Part shown: piece by piece, positions 23,675 through 37,000 of the stretch
Layout of the letters: every line of letters begins with the position of its first letter
Position numbering within the stretch: the first letter of the stretch is position 1
NCBI GenBank assembly: GCA_973895155.1
Contig: OZ316893.1
Location: 4,508,490 to 4,572,489, forward strand
Direction: 5' to 3'
DNA: 64,000 bases
Source of the DNA: Marsupella aquatica
Lineage: Eukaryota; Plantae; Marchantiophyta
Translations under genes and position numbers: made by a program
Notes under the pieces: generated by a model
The model's input: only the letters and a program-made list of their open reading frames with translations
What the model was told of the DNA's origin: nothing
The model's database searches: none

Positions 23675-24354
23675 CCAGATTCAAACCAGGCTGCCTCACG
23701 TCCCTTCTTTGTTGTTATCTTCCTTCTCCCAAGCAGCCAGACAGCAAACAGCAGCAGTCGTGCCCTCCTATCCAATGCAGGCTTGAGTCAGACAGAAAGC
23801 AAAATGGCCCTATCCTGAACGAAAGCAACAAACCACCCCGACAACCAATATGTGGTTCAAAGGCAACGATCATGTTCAGGTCCAACACTCCTCCCAGAAA
23901 AATTATCGTTCTCTATCTTACTGCATCTACAACATTGAGCTTACCCATGGCGGCAACATACATTCATAGCTTTGCAAATGAGGGGAAACAAATTTGCCTT
24001 TGCCAGAGGAGGAATGCAAGAGGGAGGAACGCAACAGGGAGGATCGCGCAAGTAGTAATCATGTCAGTAGGGGAACAGAGGACCAAGGCGACAATGAGGC
24101 CAACTCGCTGTGACCTCCCAAGCTCGATGTAATGTCCCAAGCTGTCACAATGGTTTCAATTGGGACGATGATGCAACAACTTGCAATGGTCTGGGACCCA
24201 ACTCCAAGTGATGGCGCACAGGAAGTAGTCAAATGGTCTGGGCGCATAAGAAGCAGTTGGCAATCACAATAAGCAGAACACTAGACCACAATCGCGCGCA
24301 CCTCCAAGATGGCAATGACAGTGAGCACACAGTACATGGCGATGGTGAGTGTAG

Positions 24355-24422
24355 GCGATAGAGGCAATGCAAGCAATAGAGGCAATGCAAGCGATAGAGG
24401 CAATGCAAGCGATAGAGGCAAC
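24355..24422. repeat. 18-bp tandem repeat x ~3.5
   Basis: GCRATAGAGGCAATGCAA units. Confidence 0.85.
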
Positions 24423-24627
24423 CAGATACCAATGTCAACCAATTGAAAGCAGAATGACAGTAACAGTCGACCTCGACAATCTACCTCCTCTCCAAAATTG
24501 CCTTGGAACTTGCGGCAGCAGTAGTCTCCTGGCCTCCAAAGTCTACCTAGCCTCGATCCTCTCCAATGTCACGGCAGCACACAACATTCAAATGATCCTC
24601 TCCTAAGTTGTGGCACACAGCGCAGCC

Positions 24628-24793
24628 CTCCCGATTGTCACAAACTTGAACGATCCTCCAAAGTCATGGCAGCAGACCTCCCGATTGTCACAAACTTGAA
24701 CGATCCTCCAAAGTCACGGCAGCAGACCTCCCGATTGTCACAAACTTGAACGATCCTCCAAAGTCACGGCAGCAGACCTCCCGTTTGTCACAA
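24628..24793. repeat. 50-bp tandem repeat x ~3.3
   Basis: CTCCCGATTGTCACAAACTTGAACGATCCTCCAAAGTCAYGGCAGCAGAC units. Confidence 0.9.
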
Positions 24794-26771
24794 AGAAAAT
24801 GAACATTGAGTTTGAAACTCAATGTTCGCGCGTCCTCCTTGTTTCATCGATCCACCCTTGGGCCCACAATCCCCGTCCCTAAAGCCGCCACCTGGGCCAT
24901 TTTTTACCATTGGATCTTCAACCCTAAATATCAACGGCCCTTGCAAACCCCGAGTGGCATCATGGGTCCCCCTGGGGTTCCCGTAACCCACTTTACACCC
25001 CGTCCCAATAACCCCAACAGAAGTCCTTCACAATATAGTTTTTGGACAGAAGTTTGCGATTACAATAGGGCAAATATTAAAACATTGATTGTGGTCTCAA
25101 AGTTGAGGAGAAGTGGTCGAGGACGAGCGATGGGCGCGAGGAGGAGGGCGGAGATGGCGGAGATGGTGGACCCCGATGGAGAGGTTGGACACGGCTGGGT
25201 CTTCGGAGGCAGTAGTCCTAGTGTAGTCCGGAGCGATGGCAGGAAGACAGTGATACCATGATGAGGGCGAACGAAGAGGAACTAGTCAAAAGCTTCATCA
25301 TCACACTACACACAGATGTTCGAATCAAGAAAGATAAGCATCTTTATCTCGTAATAGAACCCAGCAAGCTGTCCCTTATTCAAGTTCAATAAAATGGAGC
25401 AAGCTACGTAATTCTTAGTATTCTCAATAGGAACCGACTCAGAATTCAAGAATTAAGTTCAGTCAGAGCGCATCAAGGCTTTTCGAGATAAAAGATCGAT
25501 ACATGGAACTAATGAGACAAGATAACTCAACTACCGGACGAATCAAATGTAAAACAAGAAAATAGATAGAGTAAACTTAAAGAGATAACCAGTGACTGCA
25601 AGCAAGAACATGACGTAACTAAGAAAAAACAAGCTCTGAAACGGAATCAGATCCAGAAGATATATTAATCAGATAACATTAAGCAGATGTACTAAAATGA
25701 TGTTAGGAAAGGTACGTATATCCAAACGAGTAAACACAAGAAAAGTACCCAAAACAAGTTACAAAGTCATCTACCCACAAACTTACGAATAGTAATCAAC
25801 ACATAAGTCTAAAATCCCAGTCAGGACCAAGTCATGGAAGATAACGTGACAAATTGTAAACAGTGTATGCAGACAATCAGTCGCCATACCAGAAGAAGAT
25901 GACAGCAACAAGCAAAAACCAAGAAGAGGACAGTATGGACGGACTAAAAGAAAATATCAGAACAGACAGCTAGCGTCAGAACAACAGGAATATTGACAAG
26001 ACGTTTGAAACGGTATGTCGACACGAAGTAGGAAGCCGATGTCTGAAGCCGCGTAGGAAAAGAGAAGTAACAAACAAAAGTTACATAATACAGAAGCAAA
26101 GTGGTCATGATACAGTCACACAGAAGGCATCATCCATGTATTCCAAGATTGGAAGGGCGCAAAGAAAGTTAAAATTTGAGGATAAGAAGGTAACACTAGA
26201 AAAAGTCTGACAAAATACTCTTAACAAGCGTAGTGATAATAGACCCACCGTCGGTACATGTGTACACATTACAAAATATCAAGAATTGTTGTACAGGCCT
26301 GCATGACCCAGAAGAAGACAGATAGAATGCAACAGATGTTGACAACAGACAAAGAATCATGACATGAAAGGCAAGTATAGTGACAAGCAGATGGTAATAA
26401 AAGTTAAAGAAGTACAAAAACGAAAGAATCAAAGTACGTAAGTCCGACAAAACACATACAATAGGGGATAAATAGGAAAAACCAGAAGGTACAACCGGGA
26501 TCTGACTAGTGCAGAGCCACGCAAATCTAATCCAAGAACAAGAAGACAAATATCGATCAGGACGTTGGAAATAAACAGATATGACACTAACAAGACATGA
26601 GGTTAATCCGGGGGGGGGGGAAGATAGTCAAGGACCACATCAAGTAAGCTAGGAAAACAATAATCAACAGAACTGAAGGTCCAAGCGCACAATCAAATAC
26701 TTCAACTCCAGAGAGTCGGATGTTAGAACTGTCCAAAAACAAGAGCGCATTACCAAGAACAAATCAAATTG

Positions 26772-28598
26772 ATGGCCAAGCTCAGTGACATATTCCGAGC
26801 GGAGGGACTAGAGTGTGCAATGAGAGATAATCCCAACAGGTATAACATAGCACAGGAAGCAAGAGACAAATCGCCCATGGTCTCTAGTGCCAATGCAGAA
26901 TCGGTGGGAGAGAAAGGAGGAGTTCTTAGGAACGACAGTATAGACGACATCGATAAAGTCACCAGCACCATAAACAAGTGGTCGCTTACAACGGAATGTA
27001 AATCTGCAATGAGTGCTCTGTCGGCAAACCGCAAGGAGATAGACAGCCCCAAAGTTAAGTTACAATTGGAGGTAAGTATCCAAGCCACCTCCATTACGGT
27101 ATCTGAACTTCTCTTGAAAGCCGTCTTATTTTTCTTTGCAGGAAGAGTTCCAAGTTATCAACAGTTTCAGAAATGGGCCGTGGAGGAATTCTGTTTCAAA
27201 AAAAAATGGTCAATAAAGAACACCAAATTTGTGGGAGCTAATTACTTTCTGGTAACATTCGCTGAGCCAGAATACAAACAGCTAGTCCTAGGAAATTCGC
27301 CATGGTATCTAGGTAGTAAATATGTGTATTGCGCCCCCTGGGACCCCTCGTTCTCCCTGCACTCGCCATTTTTGGGAAGAATGCCAATCTGGGTTCAACT
27401 TAAATACCGTGAATTGGTCCTGGAGGATAGTGGAAAACAATTGTTTGAAAAGATGGGTGAACTTCTCCAGTTCATCCCAGCAACAGACGACGCCTCCTCT
27501 CCACATGATCGCGCGTGCATATTATGGGACATGAATCAGCCCCTTCCTGAGATGCTTGTCATTTGTCTGAGTGGAGATGACAATCCAGATCCAATAACTA
27601 TACAACAGAGAGTTGAGTATACACACATTCCTTTTGTTTGTTATAAGTGTAAGGATTTGGGTCATGTAGGATCACATTGCCTGAAGGGGGCTCCGGACAT
27701 GTCTCCAACAATTATACCCAATCATGATGTGACTATGCAAACGGATAATTTGGAGATGGCCCCTTTCTCAAAGTATGATAGGGAGAGTATCGGAGGTAGT
27801 CCCCCACTAGACCTGGATTCCCCCACCCTCGGTTCTCATCTAGTTTCACCTTCCCAATCAGTCGGGCTGCTTTCGACCCCACCACGCAATCTGAGTTCTC
27901 AGGCAGTTAAGATACCTTACAATATGATACTCGAAAATCACGCCGTTCAATTTGGTCCGAGAGGTGCACTACCCCACTCAGAGATAGATAAATATATTCC
28001 AATACAGATCATGCGTAACTTACAGTCTGATATACTTCTTCAAAAAATAATCATAGGTACAGACTACTTCGGGATGGATCCAATTGTAGCTAATAGGCCT
28101 GAACCCTCTGAGTCCCCTTTTCCCTCGTGTCATACAAATGCTAGACACATCTCACATGATCAATCAAAGTCCCTATCCATCGTGGCTAGAGACTCACTGG
28201 TAGGCATTGAACCACCTCTTTCCATGATGGCAGCCCAGTCTGAGATAGAGGTAGGAGGTTGCTCTCGAGGACCTACTGACATACCACAATCCGCTCGTCC
28301 TTCCCCTCTAACAGACGCAGAAAGGAGACTTTACCAGTCCGTGAGAACTTCGAATCATCGAATAATCAAGAAGAAGAAGAGGTTGGGTTCGTTATTTTCA
28401 TCAGCGACAACAAGGCTACCAGGTAATGCATACACAACTCTACTTTATAACCAGATTCTGGGAGAGTCATCAGGTGGATACACCTCTCCTGAGGACTCCA
28501 CTTCCATGGAAGAAGAAGTAGATAGAGACAGTAATTCTTCCAGCTCTGAGTTTGAGACCGTCTCGGTCACCTCAACCAGAGATAGAGGAACAGATTGA
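26772..28598 (+). CDS. LINE ORF1 (DUF4283/RRM-like plus CCHC zinc knuckle)
   Basis: GANYFLVTF...SPWYLG...APWDP...PIWVQL; CYKCKDLGHVGSHC. Exact start codon uncertain. Confidence 0.85.
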   Translation: MAKLSDIFRAEGLECAMRDNPNRYNIAQEARDKSPMVSSANAESVGEKGGVLRNDSIDDIDKVTSTINKWSLTTECKSAMSALSANRKEIDSPKVKLQLEVSIQATSITVSELLLKAVLFFFAGRVPSYQQFQKWAVEEFCFKKKWSIKNTKFVGANYFLVTFAEPEYKQLVLGNSPWYLGSKYVYCAPWDPSFSLHSPFLGRMPIWVQLKYRELVLEDSGKQLFEKMGELLQFIPATDDASSPHDRACILWDMNQPLPEMLVICLSGDDNPDPITIQQRVEYTHIPFVCYKCKDLGHVGSHCLKGAPDMSPTIIPNHDVTMQTDNLEMAPFSKYDRESIGGSPPLDLDSPTLGSHLVSPSQSVGLLSTPPRNLSSQAVKIPYNMILENHAVQFGPRGALPHSEIDKYIPIQIMRNLQSDILLQKIIIGTDYFGMDPIVANRPEPSESPFPSCHTNARHISHDQSKSLSIVARDSLVGIEPPLSMMAAQSEIEVGGCSRGPTDIPQSARPSPLTDAERRLYQSVRTSNHRIIKKKKRLGSLFSSATTRLPGNAYTTLLYNQILGESSGGYTSPEDSTSMEEEVDRDSNSSSSEFETVSVTSTRDRGTD

Positions 28599-28630
28599 GG
28601 TTCTCCGCTCCGGCCAACTGTTAGGAAATA

Positions 28631-31333
28631 ATGTCCGAAAATCAACTCAACCTGGCAGTATGGAACGTATCCGGGCTCTGTGATCCTAATAGAAAATACA
28701 TAGTTCGGGAATGGATTCACGACTTGAAATCCACTCTACACGTACTCGCCCTTCTCGAATTAAAGGCAGGCGACTTTCGATTAATAACAACGCTCTCCCT
28801 AATTCTCCCACAATATCATACTATTATTGCGCACCCGGTCAATGGAAAAGGCGGAGCAGCAATGCTCCTTCACCCCCTAATCCAGGTAGTTGATTTTGGT
28901 ATTACTCCAATCTGTAGTGCCATTTGGGCACGTCTAAGAAGTCCATCCGATCACTTTGGATTTGCAGCTCTATACGCATCGAATGACTCTACTCTTCGTA
29001 CCAGGCTCTGGGAGTATTTGCTGGTCTCCTTACCCCGGGGTAACTGGATACTGGCTGGAGACTTTAATATGACCGAAAAGGTAGAAGACTCAGTTGCTGG
29101 TCACTCCTCATTATTATCTGGCTCTGAATTATCTGCTTGGAGTGCCCTCAAAAGTCGTTTTGATTTTTCTGATGTATACAAACTAGTAAGTGGTGTATCA
29201 GGTTCCCGATTCACTTGGAGAAGAGATATGTCTAATGGAGTTCTCCAATCACGTCTGGACAGATTTTACCTCAGTAATCGGGGAGTATGGATAGACAAAA
29301 TAATATCATTTTCTCACCACCATGATCGTCCCTTATCTGACCATTGTCCTGTCTCTCTCTCCTGTATAATAAATGCATCAGTTAATACTTCGGCCACAGC
29401 TAGCCGATTCTCATATTTCAAGGCAAACTCATCGGTAATAAGGAACACTGACAATATGGCCTTATTAGAAGAAGCTTGGACGGGCGGTATATCATGTTCG
29501 GCAGATCCTAAGTTGGCTTTCTTTATTGCATCTAAGCAATTTCGTAGGGTATACAAAAGAATTCAATCCACCAAAACCACGTCTCAGTTGGACACCGAAG
29601 AGTTAAGAAAAAGAGTTCTCTCCCTGCGTTCTCTTGCTGATACTAGTAATTCTGGGAATTCACTGGCGGAGTTACGTATTGCTGAAACCTCCCTCCGTGA
29701 CTCGGAATTTCTTCAGGCCATAGAGATAAGAAAGAAATCTAGAATTAGATGGCTCGGGCATGGTGATGCATCAACCAAATTCTTTTTCAATTTAGTTAAG
29801 ACTCAACAGCAACGAGCTTCTATTCCTCACCTACGTCTAGCCAACAACTCATTCATATACGACAATGAGCAGATTCTTTTGGAGGTTGGCAATTTTTATC
29901 GCAACCTATACTCACCAGATGCCCCCGAGTCTGTGCAAAACTCAGATGCAAGAAGGAAGATACTTCAGTTCTCATATCCGCGTATATCACTAGATGACTC
30001 TCTCATTTTGGATTCAACTCCGTCTTCGTCAGAAATTCTTTCGGCTGCTAGTCATATGCAGAAGAACAAGGCCCCAGGTATTGACGGCCTAACCATTGAA
30101 GTTTTTGTGGGATGCTGGTCCTTTATCGCTCCTGCCTTCCTTGCTATGATAGTATCCTTTTGGAATGATGGAGTGATGCTCCCCGGCTTTCTAGATGGTG
30201 TTATTAAGTTAGTACCTAAAACGACTGACAAATCTAGATTATCTGACTGGAGACCTATCACCTTGTTAAACATATCTTACAAAATAACTGCGAAGTTGAT
30301 TGCTAACAGACTCCGTAGGTTTCTCCCAAAAATGATAAACATCCAGCAATCAGGTTTCGTTCCGGGGAGGCAAATCTTGGATAATATTTCTTTGGCATGG
30401 CTCGCTAGTGATTGGATTACCACTAATAATGTTCCAGCACTGTTTCTCAAGATGGATTTCTCAAAGGCTTTTGATCGGGTAGACCATAGGTATATCAGGG
30501 AAACTCTGGTTGCATCTGGTCTGAGTAGCACACTTATACGGAATATTATGGGACTGATGTCCCTGGCTTCCGCTAAAGTTCACGTTAACGGGCAATTCAC
30601 TGAACCCATACATCTTTTGCGGGGTGTTCGACAGGGATGTCCGCTTGCTCCGTTAATATATGCATTGTCTACTCAACCATTGATGGACTATTTTGATGCT
30701 GCTATCCTGGTTGGTGATGTTCATGGGATTAAAATAAATCACAACCTCACTTTATTCCACAGGATGTTTGCCGATGATCTAGGAATCTTTACCCCTGCTC
30801 GTGAATCTTGTTTTTCAGAAATCAGAGTAGTTATGGAATTATACGATCTTGCAGCAGGAGCTAAGCTAAATCTTAAAAAAACAGAAATTCTCACTTATTG
30901 CATAGACACTCCTCCGCAATGGCTTCTTAACACTAACTGTGTGATCGTCCCCCAGGGGCACATCTCGAGCTATCTGGGTGCCCCTCTCGGACAGAATATC
31001 ACCAGAGTGCAGTTGCAGGATTTCTGTTTGAAAAAAATTAATAAAAGATTAGCAAACTGGTCCAACAAATGTTTCTCCTTTACCGGACGAATTATTCTGG
31101 TTAAACAAGTTCTGTTATCTATGGTGGTATACCACATGATGTACTCTGATATTGCAGGCAGTCTCTCGGATCAGATCCAGAAAATATGTAAAGATTTTAT
31201 CTGGGGCTTTAACAAGGAGGGGGGAAGGAAGACTCCCCTAGTTTCTTGGTACCGTATGTGTTGCCGGAAGCAAGATGGTGGCCTGGGTTTTAAGGACATC
31301 AAACTACAAGCTACGGCCTTGATGGCCAGATGG
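28631..31333 (+). CDS. LINE ORF2, 5' part (APE endonuclease plus reverse transcriptase)
   Basis: WNVSGL, GDFN, SRLDRF, SDH; KAPGIDG, WRPITLLN, DFSKAFD, RQGCPLAP, FADD, YLG. Confidence 0.95.
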
Positions 31334-31719
31334 CACTAGAAGAAAACAGGGCCCTTTATGACCAATCACCCAATGACGGAGATGAATAAATGACCAAAAT
31401 TTTTAATGACACAAAAAGAATGACAGGGGAATGACTGTCCACAATGACCAATGGACTGAAATGACAAAATGTTAACTTTTGCGTCATTTTGTATAATGTC
31501 TGTAATGACTGATGTGACCAAAATGACCCAATTTTCCTAAATGGTCAATTTAGACACATGTCTTAAATGACGCAATTAATAACAACAATGATAAATCAAT
31601 GTTTAACAACATTATAGTCACTCTGGACAATGATTGAAATGACCAAAAATCTATTTGAGTCATTTTGGACAATGGTGATAAATGACAAAAAATGTATTAC
31701 CGTCATTTTAACCAACGGT

Positions 31720-32150
31720 GTTAAATGACAAAATATAGGGTCAATCTGAAAATGAGAATATATCAATGTTTACAACAACATATTGTCATTATGGACTTCT
31801 CCCATAAATGACTAACTCTAGGGTCAATCTTGAAATTAGGACATATCAGTGTTTACAAGAACATACCGTCATTATGGACTTCTCTCATAAATGACTAACT
31901 CTAGGGTCAATCTTGAAATTAGGACATATCAGTGTTTACAAGAACATACCGTCATTATGGACTTCTCTCATAAATGACTAACTCTAGAGTCAAACTTGAA
32001 ATTAGGATATATCGGTGTTTACAACAATATACTGTCATTATGGACTTGTTGCATAAATGACTAAATATAGGGTCAATCTAAAAATCATGATATATCAATA
32101 TTTACAATAACATATAGTCATTATGGACTTATTGCATAAATGACTACTTA
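31720..32150. repeat. ~83-bp subterminal tandem repeat x ~5
   Basis: ATAAATGACTAACTCTAGGGTCAATCTTGAAATTAGGACATATCAGTGTTTACAAG... units. Confidence 0.85.
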
Positions 32151-32229
32151 TAGAGTCATTAAAGAACCCAAGAGATATGAAGATTAAAATACTCAATAGT
32201 CATTCCAGACACCGGTCATAATTGTAGAG

Positions 32230-35200
32230 TCATTGATATAGTTGATAACCCTTCCACTAAGTGCGGGACACAATACTCATCATTGTCCTCCCACTGGTTG
32301 GGGCATTAGCAATTTGAACACATGTCTTGCATTTACTTTAGGCATGATGCACCTAGCTTTGGGGAAATCACTCCCAAGTCATACACCTTTGGAGTGATTT
32401 TCCATAAGTGTCACCATATATAGATGCGCGCATACTACCGTATCCAAAGGCAAATGAAACCTTTTTGTCTCTCCAAGAAGTAGGGCAATACCAATGGAAG
32501 GTTGTCATCCTTTGTTGTAATTGTGTCATGTTTGTGCCGGTGTTTGGATGGGGAATATTTTAATTTGCAAATAAATAGTGATGGGGCATTCAAGGAGCTT
32601 GTGTAATCTTTATTGGGTCATTTCTAAAAACATTTGCATTACAAATACCAATGACTACAAGTAGGGTCATTAAATTTGTCATATGGACTGTCATATAAGT
32701 CAAGTGACTGGACTTGTGGTTATTTGTGTGGTCCCTCATGCAGTCATTAAACACAAGCACAAATGACCAGTTTGGGGCTGGGGGCTTGAGGTGGGCCCTA
32801 GAGTGCCATGGGGCCCCACATAGAGGTGAGAACCCCTCCACTAGGTGCGGGACACTATACTCATCATTGTCCAACCACTAGTTGCGACATAAACACTTTG
32901 GACACATGTTTTTGCGCTTACTTCAGGCATGATGCACCTTTGGGGAAATCACTCCCAAGTCGTATGACTTCGGAGTGATTTGCCAAAAGTGTCACCATGT
33001 ATGCATACCATCACATCCAAAGGCAAATAAAAGTTGTTTTTTGGTTCTCCAAGAGGTAGTGCTACACCAATGGAATGGGCAGGGGAGTCGTGTTTCTCAG
33101 TATGGTGTGGGTGCGGGATTAGGGTATAGGAATATTCCAATCTTGCAAGGAATCTAAAGCTGGCTCTAGTTGGAGGTACTAGGGCCTTTATTGGGTCATA
33201 TGTGAGCAATGGCCCGTCATAAATGCCAATGACTAAAAGTAGGGTCATTAAAACTGTCATATGGAGAGTCATATCAGTCTAATGATTGGATTTGTGGTCA
33301 TTTGAGGGGTCCCTTATGCAGTCATTAAAAGGAAAAGCACAAATGACCAGTTTGGGGCTAGGGGCTTGAGGTGGGCCCTAGAGTGCCATGGGGCCCCACA
33401 TAGAGGTGAACCCCTCCACTAGGTGCGGGACACTATACTCATCATTGTCCAACCACTAGTTGTGACATAAACACTTTGGACACATGTTTTTGCGTTTACT
33501 TGAGGCATGTTGCACCTTTGGGGAAATCACTCCCAAGTCGTGCCAAAAGTTCAACCATGGATGTATACCATCACATCCAAAGGCAAATAAAACATATTTT
33601 TGGTTCTCCAAGAGGTAGTGCTGCACCAATGGAATGGGTAGGGGAGTCCTGCTTCTCTGCATGGTGTGGGTGTGGGATTAGGGTATAGGAATATTCCAAC
33701 CTTGCAAGGAATCTAAAGCTGGCTCTCTTTGGAGGTACTAGGGCCTTTATTGGGTCATATGTGAGCAATGGCCCGTCATAAATGCCAATGACTAAAAGTA
33801 GGGTCATTAAAAATGTCATATGGAGAGTCATATCAGTCAAATGACTGGATATGTGGTCATTTTAGGGGTCCCTCATGCAGTCATTAAGGAAAAGCACAAA
33901 TGACCAGTTTGGGGCTAGGGGCTTGAGGTGGGCCCTAGAGTGCCATGGGGCCCCACATAGAGGTGAGAACCCCTCCACTGGGTGCGGGACACTATATTCA
34001 TCATTGTCCAACCACTAGTTGCGACATAAACACTTTGGACACATGTTTTTGCGTTTACTTGAGGCATGATGCACCTTTGGGGAAATCACTCCCAAGTCGT
34101 ACGACTTTGGAGTGATTTGCCAAAAGTGCAACCATGGATGTATACCATCACATCCAAAGGCAAATAAAACCTATTTTTTGGTTCTCCAAGAGGTAGTGTT
34201 GCACCAATGGAATGGGCAGGGGAGTGGTGCTTCTCCGCATGGTGTGGGTGCGGGATTAGGGTATAGGAATATTCCAACCTTGCAAGGAATCTAAAGCTGG
34301 CTCTCTTTGGAGGTACTAGGGCCTTTATTGGGTCATATGTGAGCAATTGCCCGTCATAAATGCCAATTACTACAACAAAGGTCATTAAAATGGTCACATT
34401 GCATGTCATATAAGCGGAATGACCTGAATTATTGTCATTTGAGGGGTCCCTCATGCAGTCATTAAGGAAAAGCACAAATGACCATTTTGGGGCTAGGGGT
34501 TGGAGGTGGGCCCTAGAGTGCCATGGGGCCCCACATAGAGGTGAGAACCCCTCCACTAGGTGCGGGACACTATACTCATCATTGTCCAACCACTAGTTGC
34601 GACATAAACACTTTGGACACATGTTTTTGTGTTTACTTAAGGCATGATGCACCTTTGGGGTTTAGGGTTGTTTTGTGGTTCTCCAAGAGGTGGTGCTGCA
34701 CCAATGGAATGGGCAGGGGAGTCGTGCTTCCCTGTATCGTGTGGGTGCGGGTTTAGGAAAGAGGAATATTCCAACCTTGCAAGGAATCTATTGGGGGCTC
34801 TCTTTGGAGGTACTAGGCCCGGTACTAGGGCCTTCATTGGGTCATTTGTGAACAATGACATGATGTCATAAATACCAATGATTACAAATAGGGTTGACCA
34901 TTGAAACCGTCATATGGAATGTCATATAAGTCAAATGACGGGATTTGTTGTTATTTGAGGGGGTCCTTCGTGGAGTCATTGAAGACAAACATAAATGACC
35001 AGTTTGAGGCTAGGTGCTGGAGGTGGGCCCTAGAGTGCCATGTGGCCCCACATGGGGCTGGAAACCCCTCTACTAGGTGCGGGATATTATATTTACTATT
35101 CTTCAACCATTAGTTGCACCATAATTAATGTTGAATCATATTTTTGCATTTACCTAAGGCATGATGAAACTTTGGGGAAATCACTCCCAAGTCATACGGC

Positions 35201-37000
35201 TTTGGAGTGATTTGCCAAAAGTCTCACCATGTGAAATAATAGTTGTTTTCTTGTTCTCCAAGAGGTAGGGCAAAACTAGGGGAAGGTTGTTGTCCTTCTA
35301 TTTAACTGTGTCATATCTATGCCAGTGTTTGGGTGGGGAATATTCTATTCCATTGCAAAGGAAATGCGAGGGGGCACTCCAACAGGTAGTGTAATCTTCA
35401 CTAGGTCATATTCGAGTAATGGTGTTCATTAAAGCCAATGACAATAGTAAGGGTCATTTTGGCAGTCATATTGCAGGTCATTTGGACCAAATGACTGCAT
35501 ATGTGGTCATTATAGAGGTCCCTCATAGTGTCATTATGGACCAACATAAATGACCAGTTTGGTGCTAAGGATTGGAAGTGGGCCCTAGACTGCCATGGGG
35601 CCTTGCATGAAGGTGGCAACCTCTCCACTAGGTGCGGGACACTATAATCATCATTGTCCAACCACTAGTTGTGCCATGAACACTTTGGAGCCGTCTTTTT
35701 GCGTTTACTTAAAGCATGATAGAACCTTGGGGAAATCACTCCCAAGTCATACAGATTTGGAGTGATTTGCCAAAAGTGTCACCGTGGTTGAATACCATCA
35801 TTATCAATGGCAAATTGAGCCTTTTGTTTTGTCTCTCCAAGAAGTAAAGCAATGTCACCAATCAATGGAAGGTTGTTGTCCTTCTATGTAAGTGTGTGAT
35901 TTTTGTGTTGATGTTTTGATGGGGATACTCCATTTTGCATATGAATAGTGTCGGGGCATTGTGAGTAGGTGTTGTAATCTTCATTGGGTTATTTTGGAGT
36001 AATGTTGTGTCATTAGTGCCAATGACTACACTAAGGGTCATTTTGGGAGTCATTTTGGATGTCATTTGTACAAAATGACTGCATATGAGGTCATTAGACA
36101 GGTCCCTCATGATGTCATTATGTACCAGTAGAAATGACCCTTTTAGGTCTAGGAACTTTGGGTGGGCCCCAATGTGCCATGAGGCCCGCCATGGGGCCCT
36201 ACATGAAGGTGGTAACCCCTCCACTAGGTGCGGGACACTATACTCATCATTGTCCAACCACTAGTTGTTAGTTACATGAACATTTTGGACACATGTTTTC
36301 ATGTTTACTTAAGGCATGATGCAACCTTGGGGAAATCATTCCCAAGTCGTACAACTTTGAGGTGATTTGCCAAAAGTGTCACCAAGGATTAATACCATCA
36401 TTTGCAAAGGCAAATCGAGCCATTTGTTTTCTCTCTCCAAGAGGTAGCGCAACACCAATGGAAGGTTGTGGTCCTTCTATTTAACTATGTCATGTTTGTG
36501 ATGGTGTTTGGATGGGGGATATGATATTTTGGGGATATTTTGCAAATAAATTGTGACGGGGCACTCTGGGAGGTAGTGTAATCTTTATTAGGTCATTTTG
36601 GAACAAAGTTGTGTCATAAATGCCAATGACTACAAATAGGGTCATTGAAACGGTCATATAGGATGTCATATAGGTCAAATGACCAGACTTGTGGTCATTA
36701 CATTGGTCCCTTGTGGAGTCATAAATGTGGTACTACATAGAGCTGGGAACCTGCCTCCGGGTGCAGTACACTCTACTGTATACTATTCTCCATCCATTAG
36801 TTGTGGCATAAACCTGCACTTTGGGATATGGGGGTTCTCTTTTTGGAGGTACTTGTGCTTCATTGGGCCATTTGTGAACAATTCTACGTCAGAAATGTCA
36901 AATAATGACCTCCTATAATGTCATTGTGATTATGATATGGGAGTACCAAATCACGCAAAATGGGGTCATTAGAGGAGTCCCTCATGCTGTCATTGAGGAA
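32230..37000 (+). repeat. ~570-bp satellite-like array x ~8 inside the CACTA
   Basis: CCCTCCACTAGGTGCGGGACACTATACTCATCATTGTCC recurs near 32250, 32835, 33412, 33971, 34549, 35065, 35622 and 36217. Confidence 0.9.

Noticed and set aside
32590-36257. Family of small MDNDEYSVPHLVE... ORFs
   Set aside because: By-products of the ~570-bp repeat; lengths and frames vary between units
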